A stretch of 24,000 nucleotides of DNA from Halorubrum sp. BV1. GTDB taxonomy: Archaea > Halobacteriota > Halobacteria > Halobacteriales > Haloferacaceae. Below the pieces are notes generated by a model. It saw only the letters and a program-made list of their open reading frames with translations, had not been told where the DNA came from and did not search any database. Shown here one piece after another: positions 16,789-23,998 of the stretch (positions are counted from its first letter, which is position 1; the number at the start of each line of letters is the position of its first letter). Location of the stretch: positions 143,652 to 167,651 of the forward strand of contig NZ_JQKV01000001.1 of the NCBI RefSeq assembly GCF_000746205.1, in the 5' to 3' direction. Position numbers and translations under genes: made by a program.

Positions 16789-17567
16789 CAGTCGAACGAT
16801 ACCCCCGCAATATCGAGCGCGGTTTTGAGGCCTTCCTGAAGCGACGATTGTGTTTCCACGTCGAATCCAATTCCGAGCTGCACGAGTGTCTGGGAGATCT
16901 CTGGATTGAGTCCCGTGATGATTGTCTGACCGCCCATCAGTTTGACGGCGTGGATCGTATCGATAAGATGTTGGGCGGTCTGGGTGTCAACCGCCTCCGC
17001 ACCGGTAATATCGATGATCGCGACAGTGGCTTCCGTTTCTGAAATCCGTTCCAGGAGCTTCTCAGTGAAATCTTGGGCCTGTGCCGAGTCGAGTTTCCCG
17101 ATGATCGTCGAGAGCAAAATCCCGTCCCAGACCTCGACGATTGGCACTGATCGCTTGGCGAGTTCATCGGCCAACGACTCTTGAATCTCTCGTTGCCGAT
17201 TGCGCTCGGTGATGTTCCGACCGATACTGGCGATCGCTTTGAGACTTTCATCCTCGTCTTCAACGGGAGTCCACTGGAACTCGTACGGGAGCCGCTCTCC
17301 CGTCTTCGTTTCGAGAACAGTCCCAAGCGTGACGGCCGTCCGATCATTGGTGATAGTCTTTATAGCCGTGCGCACGTCCCCGCGCTCTCCCTCGGGGACG
17401 AGATCGGCGGGGTTGAGGTCCCCAATCTCGTTGTTGTCGTATCCTGTGACGCTTGTGAATCGAGCGTTCCACTCCACGTACTCGCCGCCGGGAGTGAATA
17501 CGTAGAACAGGTCATCAAGCGAATTGACAGCGTCTGCGAGTAACCCAGGATCCGAAGAATTGATCAT
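16788..17567 (-). CDS. rsbR: RsbR-like stressosome sensor protein (N-terminal PAS domain plus C-terminal STAS domain)
   Basis: The ATG at 17567 gives MINSSDPGLLADAVNSLDDLFYVFTPGGEYVEWNARFTSVTGY... (PAS). The STAS half is SVPIVEVWDGILLSTIIGKLDSAQAQDFTEKLLERISETEATVAIIDITGAEAVDTQTAQHLIDTIHAVKLMGGQTIITGLNPEISQTLVQLGIGF. That is RsbR-like, including the VDT and SQT threonines. Its stop overlaps the rsbS-like ATG by 1 nt (TGATG at 16786-16790). Confidence 0.85.
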   Translation of the reverse strand: MINSSDPGLLADAVNSLDDLFYVFTPGGEYVEWNARFTSVTGYDNNEIGDLNPADLVPEGERGDVRTAIKTITNDRTAVTLGTVLETKTGERLPYEFQWTPVEDEDESLKAIASIGRNITERNRQREIQESLADELAKRSVPIVEVWDGILLSTIIGKLDSAQAQDFTEKLLERISETEATVAIIDITGAEAVDTQTAQHLIDTIHAVKLMGGQTIITGLNPEISQTLVQLGIGFDVETQSSLQEGLKTALDIAGVSFD

Positions 17568-17670
17568 GGATACCAATTTATCCCCCTGGTTGATATAACC
17601 TCACGCTACTTATTTGGTATTAATTTAATCCATCACTAAATACATAACCTTCCGTTGAGAGCGATTATCT
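17568..17670. promoter_or_regulatory. Divergent AT-rich promoter region between the rsbR-like operon and the Bat-type regulator gene
   Basis: 103 bp. On the minus strand, TTATATCA (complement of 17591-17598) lies ~25-30 nt upstream of the ATG at 17567. On the plus strand, taaataca (about 17637-17644) lies ~27-30 nt upstream of the ATG at 17671. There is also an inverted repeat: ataccaa (17570-17576) and ttggtat (17614-17620). Confidence 0.45.
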
Positions 17671-19308
17671 ATGGCCGATACTGATCCCGGGGATAGGACA
17701 GAGCACAAATCCCTGTATAAAACTGCGGTAGAGCAGTCACCCGATGGGATATTTGCCTTGACGAACGATTTGGAACTGGCGTTAGTGAATAGACGGATTG
17801 AATCATTAGCCGGTGTTGAACGAGAGGAGTTGGTCGGGAGCCACGCGTCGGTTTTCCGCGAAATTGGGCTCGTAGATGGAGCCAATTACGACCGGGCAAT
17901 TGCCGCATGTAGAACGGTACTGGATGGTGACGCTGATTCGGAGCAATTTGAAATTCAACTCACGCCACAATCCGAACCGATCACCGCTGAGTATCGGGTT
18001 GAACGAGTGTCCCGCGAGGAGGAAAACGCGCTCTTGATTGGAGTGCTCCGGGACATCACCCCCCGGATCGAGCAACAAAAACAGATCAAACGCCAACGAA
18101 ACGAGCTCAAAACGGTTAGTCAGATCCAGTCATTACTCCACAATATAATGAAATCACTCCCGTCAAGCACGACGAGAGCGGAAATTAATCAAGTTGTGTG
18201 TAATCAGCTCATTCAATCAAGCTTCTATGATGCTGCATGGATGGGATACAAAGGGCCTCAAGAAGAAGGAGTCAGAGGCATCTATACCGCAGGGGTGGAG
18301 CCTGGTCTCCAAGAGTTCATCACGACTCGTGAGATGGGCCGGGACGGAGCGTCAATTCTGAGCGAGGCGTTCGATACTGAACACATCCAAGTGATCAGTA
18401 GTCCGGCGACGGATCCGAGACTTCCCGATCAATTTCGAGATCAGCTTGTCCGCTATGGATATGAATCAGCGATTCTCGTCCCGCTCACAATCGATCATAT
18501 GTCGTTTGGAGTATTAATGGCCGCAACCCATCGAAAGAATGCGTTCATCAGTCGGGAACGGATGGCGTTCGAAGCGTTAGGAGGTGTCGTTGAATTTGCG
18601 GTGAATGCCGTCGAGAACGTCCAATTACTGCAGGGGGCGAAAATGGTCGAACTCAGATTCCAGATACAGACGGGTGCGATCGCTGCAGACATCTCTGATA
18701 CGTTCGATTGTGAGTGCTATCTTAATGGCATCTCACCCGCCCCTAACGACAACCTACGATGTTTTGTCTCCGTTGAGGATGCACCCACGGATGAGGTAGC
18801 TGTCTTTGCGGAACAACAAGCGGCGGTTCGAAGCGTCGAGGTGATCGACGAGTGGGAGTCGGGTGGGACGTTCGAGATCGTCTTGGGAACGTCCCCGTTG
18901 CAACCGCTCATTGACTCCGGGGTTTACATCGAGGGAGCTTCAGCGTCAGACGGAACCGCACACATATCAGTTCGTATCGGTGCAGATAGAGATCCGGTTG
19001 AGATCCTCGACAGGGTAGAATCGGTCTATCCGGAAATCGAACTCGTGAGCAAACAATTGGTAGAGGATACACGTCACCCCGTCTTTGAACTCAGTGGATG
19101 GGTAGGCGAACATCTCACGAGCAAACAACGTCAGGCGTTGGAGGAGGCGTACTTTCGGGGCTATTTCGAGTGGCCCCGCGAGAACACTGCAGAGGAGATC
19201 GCTGAAGCCCTAGGCGTCTCGTCCGCTACGTTTCACGCCCATCATCGCAAGGCGACTCAGAAACTCCTCTCAGCGGTGTTTGAAAAGAGCACAGAGCGGG
19301 AGATGTAG
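17671..19308 (+). CDS. Bat-type (bacterio-opsin-activator-like) transcription regulator: PAS, GAF, BAT domain, HTH_10
   Basis: 545 aa. PAS: YKTAVEQSPDGIFALTNDLELALVNRRIESLAGVEREELVGSH...IGVLRDITPR. GAF-like: VCNQLIQSSFYDAAWMGY...ESAILVPLTIDHMSFGVLMAATHRKNAF. C-terminal HTH_10 signature: LTSKQRQALEEAYFRGYFEWPRENTAEEIAEALGVSSATFHAHHRKATQKLL. Confidence 0.85.
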   Translation: MADTDPGDRTEHKSLYKTAVEQSPDGIFALTNDLELALVNRRIESLAGVEREELVGSHASVFREIGLVDGANYDRAIAACRTVLDGDADSEQFEIQLTPQSEPITAEYRVERVSREEENALLIGVLRDITPRIEQQKQIKRQRNELKTVSQIQSLLHNIMKSLPSSTTRAEINQVVCNQLIQSSFYDAAWMGYKGPQEEGVRGIYTAGVEPGLQEFITTREMGRDGASILSEAFDTEHIQVISSPATDPRLPDQFRDQLVRYGYESAILVPLTIDHMSFGVLMAATHRKNAFISRERMAFEALGGVVEFAVNAVENVQLLQGAKMVELRFQIQTGAIAADISDTFDCECYLNGISPAPNDNLRCFVSVEDAPTDEVAVFAEQQAAVRSVEVIDEWESGGTFEIVLGTSPLQPLIDSGVYIEGASASDGTAHISVRIGADRDPVEILDRVESVYPEIELVSKQLVEDTRHPVFELSGWVGEHLTSKQRQALEEAYFRGYFEWPRENTAEEIAEALGVSSATFHAHHRKATQKLLSAVFEKSTEREM

Positions 19309-19532
19309 GTTATCGACAGGGCGAAGACGGGAACCTGTCCGGATGCCCCCGACGGGCGATCTATTGGAAAACGCCCCATACGGGGTGACAGAGCCAGCAG
19401 ATCCCGGATGTTCTTGAGGCAAACACAATTTCACTACCACTGGTGCCACCGACACAGGCTTCACGATGAGCCGTCTTCCGGACAATTGCGACAACCACCT
19501 ATAGCGATTGCCCTGTCTACGACTCGACGCCG

Positions 19533-21104
19533 TTGTACGATCGGAGTTCACTCGCTGGCCTCGAAGAAGACATCCGAACCGTTGCGGCCACCTGGTTTGA
19601 CCACGAGGCCCACGACTCTGTCACCGAATTCGTCGCTCACTACCCGTTGACGTATGTCGAATTTCGCCCCGACGACCGGTATTCGAGAGCAACGCGATAC
19701 GAGATGGCGCAGCTGCTCCGCGCGTTCCTGCTCAAAGAAATTCACGGCTGGACCCACGAGACGGCACTCGCCACGTACCTCACCCAACGCCCAAAACTCC
19801 GTGAGCAACTGTGTCTGGAGATGGTCCCAGACCAATCGACGCTCTGGCGCAGCTGGCACGAGCGGTTCACCACTGACCTCCGGAAGTCAGTCGAGACGGT
19901 GGCTCGAATGATCCTCATCAAAGCTCAGGATGCGGGTGTCGCGGTTCCGCGTGAACCGGCACGAAAGCTCCAGCATCACGATGGCAAGTCTGGTGAGTCA
20001 GAATCAGACGATCAAACCACGTTGGAGCAGGCAGCGAAGCTCACCGACCACGTCAGCCGTATCGTCTTCCCGGCGTTTTCGCTGGATCGTGGGGACGGCT
20101 GTGAGATACATGAGAACGCCTACTGGGGATTACAGACGTATCTCGGACTTCGCGAGCAGCTGGCTGCGAACGAAGGAGCTCGCAGTTTCGTCTACGAATC
20201 GACTCGGGATCGGACACCGCTGGGGCACGCCCATCGCGACCACATCCGCGACCTCTCTATCGAGCAGATTCGCGAGATGTACCGACAGGCGATCCGGCAC
20301 CTCATCGGCGAGGTCGCAGAGACAGAGCAGTTCTTCCAGGCGGGTATTGTCGCCATCGACATCACTGAGGCCGATCCCTTCACCGGCAATAGAACGGGCT
20401 ACGAGGACGAGATCATCGGGACGAAAGAACAGACCGACGAGTACGCGTACCAGTGGGCGACAGTCCAGCTGGTCGGCAACGCCGTCCCGCTCGTCCTTGA
20501 TGCCCGCCCGGTACGGAAAGGCGAGAGTCGGAAGGACATCGTTGAGGACTTGCTGGATTCGGCTGAAGAGCTCGTCCACGTCGATAACGTGCTGATGGAC
20601 CGGGAGTTCGATAGCCAGCACGTCCTAGAGATGATCAGCCAGCGCGGGCTTTCCTACGTCGTTCCGAAGCGGATGCAGACCAGCGAAAAAGCTCAGGCAA
20701 AGCGGTTGCTCCAGCGCGATCAAGACCGATACGAGACCGACCGTAAACTCCATCTGGGGAAGAACGAGTGGCACGAGACGACGCTGATCTACCGCCGGAA
20801 AGAAGACTCTGAGCACGACGACCATCGACAGTACTCGGTGTTCATGTCAAACCGAGGTGGTAGCTTCCTCACTGAGTATAGGTATCGGTGGGAGATTGAG
20901 AGCGGCTATAGGTCGATCAAGCGGTTCATGGCCGCGACGACGTCTACGGATTTCGGACTGCGATTCTTCTACTTCGCGTTCGCGTGCCTCTTATACTCAA
21001 TCTGGCGAGCGATCGATCTACTCGTGCAGGCCGAGTTGACTGGAGAATACGAACGGTCACCGATGCTGACTGCAGATAATACACTCACGCTGTTGAAGAA
21101 ATAG
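19533..21104 (+). CDS. IS4-superfamily (haloarchaeal ISH-type) DDE transposase
   Basis: 523 aa. Candidate DDE residues lie in GIVAIDITE, VLMDREFDS and YRYRWEIESGYRSIKRF. The last fits the IS4 Y-(2)-R-(3)-E-(6)-K signature exactly. The track start is a TTG, so the true start is uncertain. Confidence 0.85.
   Translation: MYDRSSLAGLEEDIRTVAATWFDHEAHDSVTEFVAHYPLTYVEFRPDDRYSRATRYEMAQLLRAFLLKEIHGWTHETALATYLTQRPKLREQLCLEMVPDQSTLWRSWHERFTTDLRKSVETVARMILIKAQDAGVAVPREPARKLQHHDGKSGESESDDQTTLEQAAKLTDHVSRIVFPAFSLDRGDGCEIHENAYWGLQTYLGLREQLAANEGARSFVYESTRDRTPLGHAHRDHIRDLSIEQIREMYRQAIRHLIGEVAETEQFFQAGIVAIDITEADPFTGNRTGYEDEIIGTKEQTDEYAYQWATVQLVGNAVPLVLDARPVRKGESRKDIVEDLLDSAEELVHVDNVLMDREFDSQHVLEMISQRGLSYVVPKRMQTSEKAQAKRLLQRDQDRYETDRKLHLGKNEWHETTLIYRRKEDSEHDDHRQYSVFMSNRGGSFLTEYRYRWEIESGYRSIKRFMAATTSTDFGLRFFYFAFACLLYSIWRAIDLLVQAELTGEYERSPMLTADNTLTLLKK
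19533..21104 (+). mobile_element. Insertion sequence. Only the transposase ORF is delimited; the terminal inverted repeats are not resolved.
   Basis: An intact transposase ORF is flanked by non-coding AT-richer sequence (19309-19532 and 21105-21410). I could not identify convincing terminal IRs or target-site duplications by eye. Confidence 0.6.
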
Positions 21105-21410
21105 GCAGGAATCGGGTAGTAGACTGCTCTATCCGTGATAGAGCGTCGTCTAAGTGGCAACGCTACCGAAAGTTTCGAAAAAACCGCCCACATAGTAGGA
21201 AATCCAACAAGAATGGCCGTTTGGAGAGCGATCTGAAGCAGATTCCACTCATCAATTCAGTCGGAACCACGCATCATAGCCCCGCTAAACCCGCTATAGT
21301 CTCAACTTCCAAGTATCAAAAGTTAATATCGCGAAATACGGTTTATTTGATCCGGGCTGACCAGAATTCTGACCACCCAGCCAGTCGAAATTCGTCGGTA
21401 CGTCCCGAGT

Positions 21411-22445
21411 TCACTCGAGTAGCGAATACATATTTCTCTCGTACGTCTCGCGAACTTGGTTCCCCCAATCGTGCGTGTACGTGTCGATTATGTCGTCGGC
21501 GACGTCACCGCGGAGGTACTTGACCACTCCCCGGTCGCCGGTTCGGTCCCGGAGGTGCGTGGTGAAGAAGTGTCGAAAGTAGTGTGGAGTGACGTTTTCA
21601 GTGGCCCCGCCGCCGGTTCGATACCACCCGGCATCTCGGGCGTATCGTTCGACGATGTGCCGCACCGCCTGGGGGTCGAGTCGCGACCCCCATCCCTCTG
21701 CGGTGCCGACAAAGAGCGGATCGGCCGACGAGGGGCAGTCCGGTCGGATCGCGAGCCACGCTTTGAGAACTCGCGCCAACTCGTCGTCAACGGGGATCAC
21801 GGTACTGCGCTTACGCTTGTTCGATGCCGAGCGGACCTCGTCGTTCAACGTTTCGCCAACGGTCGCATCAGGCGTCACGTACACCGAATTCGGCCGACCG
21901 GCGAGTACCGGTCTGGTTCCGAGATCGTACGCCTCGTTCAGCTCGTCGTCGTCGATCGCGACGTCGCGGAGATCGAGGTTACAGCACTCACCGACCCGCA
22001 TCCCGGTCTTCAAGAGCGTCACGACGAGAGCGCGGTGAAGCGGATGGGTGATGCCGGAGACGAACGTTCGCATCGCGGGAATCGAAATGTCCCGGCGGGC
22101 CGGGTCCGTGTCGATCGTTTCGTCCATCTCTTCGACGACAAGCGTCATCGGATTGCCGTCGAACGCGCCGACCTCGGTCATATACCCGTAGAATCGGTGC
22201 AGATACGCCGCGTACGTCGCTACCGTGCTGTCGGCGAGTTCACCTCGGAGCGAGTGAATGAACGCCATACAGTCGCGGTGCGTGGCCGTCTCGGGGGTGG
22301 ACGTCTCGTCGAGAAACGCCTCGAACTGCCGGAGCACGCGCTCGTACGACTCGCGCGTCCTCGACGTCTTCCCGTGATAGGTCAGATCTTCGATGAAATA
22401 CTCAACCGGATCGTCGATATCGGCGGGGGCACGCGTGCTACTCAT
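21411..22445 (-). CDS. Tyrosine recombinase / phage-type integrase (XerC/D-like)
   Basis: 344 aa. N-terminal SAM-like core-binding region: YFIEDLTYHGKTSRTRESYERVLRQFEAFL. Catalytic region: LLKTGMRVGECCNLDLRDV (Arg I), TPHYFRHFFTTHL (HxxR), GVVKYLRGDVADDIIDTYTH (candidate nucleophile Tyr). Confidence 0.9.
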   Translation of the reverse strand: MSSTRAPADIDDPVEYFIEDLTYHGKTSRTRESYERVLRQFEAFLDETSTPETATHRDCMAFIHSLRGELADSTVATYAAYLHRFYGYMTEVGAFDGNPMTLVVEEMDETIDTDPARRDISIPAMRTFVSGITHPLHRALVVTLLKTGMRVGECCNLDLRDVAIDDDELNEAYDLGTRPVLAGRPNSVYVTPDATVGETLNDEVRSASNKRKRSTVIPVDDELARVLKAWLAIRPDCPSSADPLFVGTAEGWGSRLDPQAVRHIVERYARDAGWYRTGGGATENVTPHYFRHFFTTHLRDRTGDRGVVKYLRGDVADDIIDTYTHDWGNQVRETYERNMYSLLE

Positions 22446-22815
22446 CGACGAGCGCGTATCCCCCTCGCCGGCCGTTGTATTTGATGCGGTTCCGATCCTG
22501 CAACTCGTCGAGTGCGTCCTCTAAGCGATCTTCGAAGTCGCCGCGCAGCGCGTCGACGAGTTCGTCCCACGACTGCGGTCCGTCAGCAAGAACCCGTTCC
22601 ACCTCTGTTTCGAGGTCGTGACTCCCGGGGGTTTCGTCCGTGGAAGCGGTCTCCTCGGTGCTCGACGGTTCCGAGAGAGAAAATCCACGTCTCCCGGCCT
22701 GTACCATCGTTCTGACGAACTCGCTTTGCGACATGTCCAGCTCGTTCGCGTGAGTCTGCCACCGATCTTTCTGCTCGGCGGGCACGTACGTTTTCACTGA
22801 ACGGCGATCACTCAT
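22438..22815 (-). CDS. Small DNA-binding protein (ribbon-helix-helix-like N-terminus, winged-helix-like C-terminus), co-transcribed with the integrase
   Basis: The ATG at 22815 gives MSDRRSVKTYVPAEQKDRWQTHANELDMSQSEFVRTMVQAG (CopG/RHH-like). An acidic linker follows, then WDELVDALRGDFEDRLEDALDELQDRNRIKYNGRRGGYALV. An 8-nt overlap (ATGAGTAG) joins it to the integrase start. Confidence 0.65.
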   Translation of the reverse strand: MSDRRSVKTYVPAEQKDRWQTHANELDMSQSEFVRTMVQAGRRGFSLSEPSSTEETASTDETPGSHDLETEVERVLADGPQSWDELVDALRGDFEDRLEDALDELQDRNRIKYNGRRGGYALVDE

Positions 22816-22848
22816 CTCGATGTACCGTTTTGCGGCCGGTACCTTCAA

Positions 22849-23020
22849 TTTACCCCATAATTCAGGATAAGTGACTTTATCTGTGGTTGTAGTACCTTCT
22901 AGATGACGGGGATAACTAGTTATATTGAATTATAGAACTATAAGCGCAGCAAACTGTTCCTAGATTATAGGATATATTACTGCTGCAAAATACTATGTCA
23001 TATGTTTGTATGTTTGTCAG
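22849..23020. promoter_or_regulatory. Very AT-rich non-coding region upstream of the RHH-integrase pair, with a palindrome and a tandem repeat
   Basis: Perfect 12-bp palindrome ataactagttat (22912-22923). Tandem atgtttgt atgtttgt (23002-23017). The motif attatag occurs twice (about 22928 and 22963). On the minus strand, a TAAATT-like element lies ~35 nt upstream of the ATG at 22815. Confidence 0.4.
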
Positions 23021-23708
23021 CCGGAGCCAGCGTGACCGGAGATGGTCGCCGGACGGCGTGTCTCCACAGACAGCCCGATCGCTGGCGCGAATGAATCGTG
23101 CGTCGCACTGGAAAGTACGACAACTCGCTTGTGGGACTCAAGATGCGCTCGATCGATGTGAGCGTCGCGCATCGCTGTCTCTCTCCGTCTTCAAAATAAT
23201 CTGAATGATCCGACATATTATTGGTTAATAGATATGTGTTCTGCAACCTCGACGTACTCATCTGAGCGTGCTGTGTAGGGTGGCTGTCCGGGAAACGGGC
23301 GGTAGAAGGACAACGAGAAACGCTCTCGCTGGTGTCTGTCTCACTACCCGTATCGTTCTATTTCTGACCGTATACGCCGTTGTTCGGCTTATTTCGATGG
23401 CGACAGATACACGCACGATCAGTCAGCGTGGCGGATCTTCTAAGTGATTCTACTCGCCTAGACTGTCGGTTCGTCTCGTGATCAGAGCCAATTCATCCGA
23501 CGAATTGGAAACCAGAACAATATCTGAAAACGAGAGGTCGGAGATTGAGTGACGAGTGAAGATCTACTAACCGCGATACAAGGCGACCGTTCGGGTGTGT
23601 CCAGATCGCGTTGGGCCTGTTCGCGTCTGGGTCTTTTTTACACCGCTGTTTCGGTCGCTGCTCACACAGCACTATTTGTGGCACACACGCCAAGTATATT
23701 GTATAGTG

Positions 23709-23998
23709 CTATACAAACGAACCTGGCCTTGATGAATCGTTCGAGCCGCTTTCGACCGTCTCGCGGAGATCTCGCATGAAGCGCTCGTTTCAGCTGCGCC
23801 ACAGTCTCGATTGATCGGGCACCGTCCCCAACTCTAAGCGCTTACAGAGTGTGGAGTGGCTACCGAGGTACTCGAGAAGTGCTGTTTCGTGTTCCCGCCC
23901 GTGGATTCCTCGTCCTCTGTACCGAGTCGCTGGTTGAACAGGGCGGTCGCTCGTTCGTACCCGCTGTATCCGTCGAACCGCTCTGTGTCGTCGGTCAT
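23709..23998 (-). pseudogene. Degraded N-terminal fragment of a second ISH-type transposase, homologous to the 19533..21104 copy
   Basis: My minus-strand translation reads MTDDTERFDGYSGYERATALFNQRL.... It then shifts frame to ...GIHGREHETALLEYLGSHSTLCKRLELGTVPDQSRLWRS*NERFMRDLRETVESG. Compare the intact copy: FRPDDRYSRATRYEMAQLL...EIHGWTHETALATYLTQRPKLREQLCLEMVPDQSTLWRSWHERFTTDLRKSVETV. An in-frame TGA (23790-23792) replaces the conserved Trp codon. Homology is lost after about residue 130 of the intact protein. Confidence 0.6.

Noticed and set aside
19309-21410. Terminal inverted repeats and target-site duplication of the IS
   Set aside because: I compared 19309-19532 with the reverse complement of 21105-21410. 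I found only short (7-8 nt) chance-level matches, such as cccggat and gttgccac-like. These do not support boundaries without a computed alignment or ISfinder consensus.
21221-21523. 100-aa ORF in the AT-rich spacer between the transposase and the integrase
   Set aside because: It runs into and overlaps the integrase 3' end antisense, has basic low-complexity composition and no motifs. It is probably non-coding IS-flank sequence.
21456-22484. 342-aa ORF antisense to the integrase, and the other ORFs nested within 21488-22051
   Set aside because: They are shadow ORFs. The minus frame has the tyrosine-recombinase R...HxxR...Y motifs.
8803-23483. Possible att-like direct repeat gactgtcgg shared by 8803-8811 and about 23461-23469
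   Set aside because: Only 9 nt are identical and the flanks diverge. This is too short to separate from chance in 24 kb.
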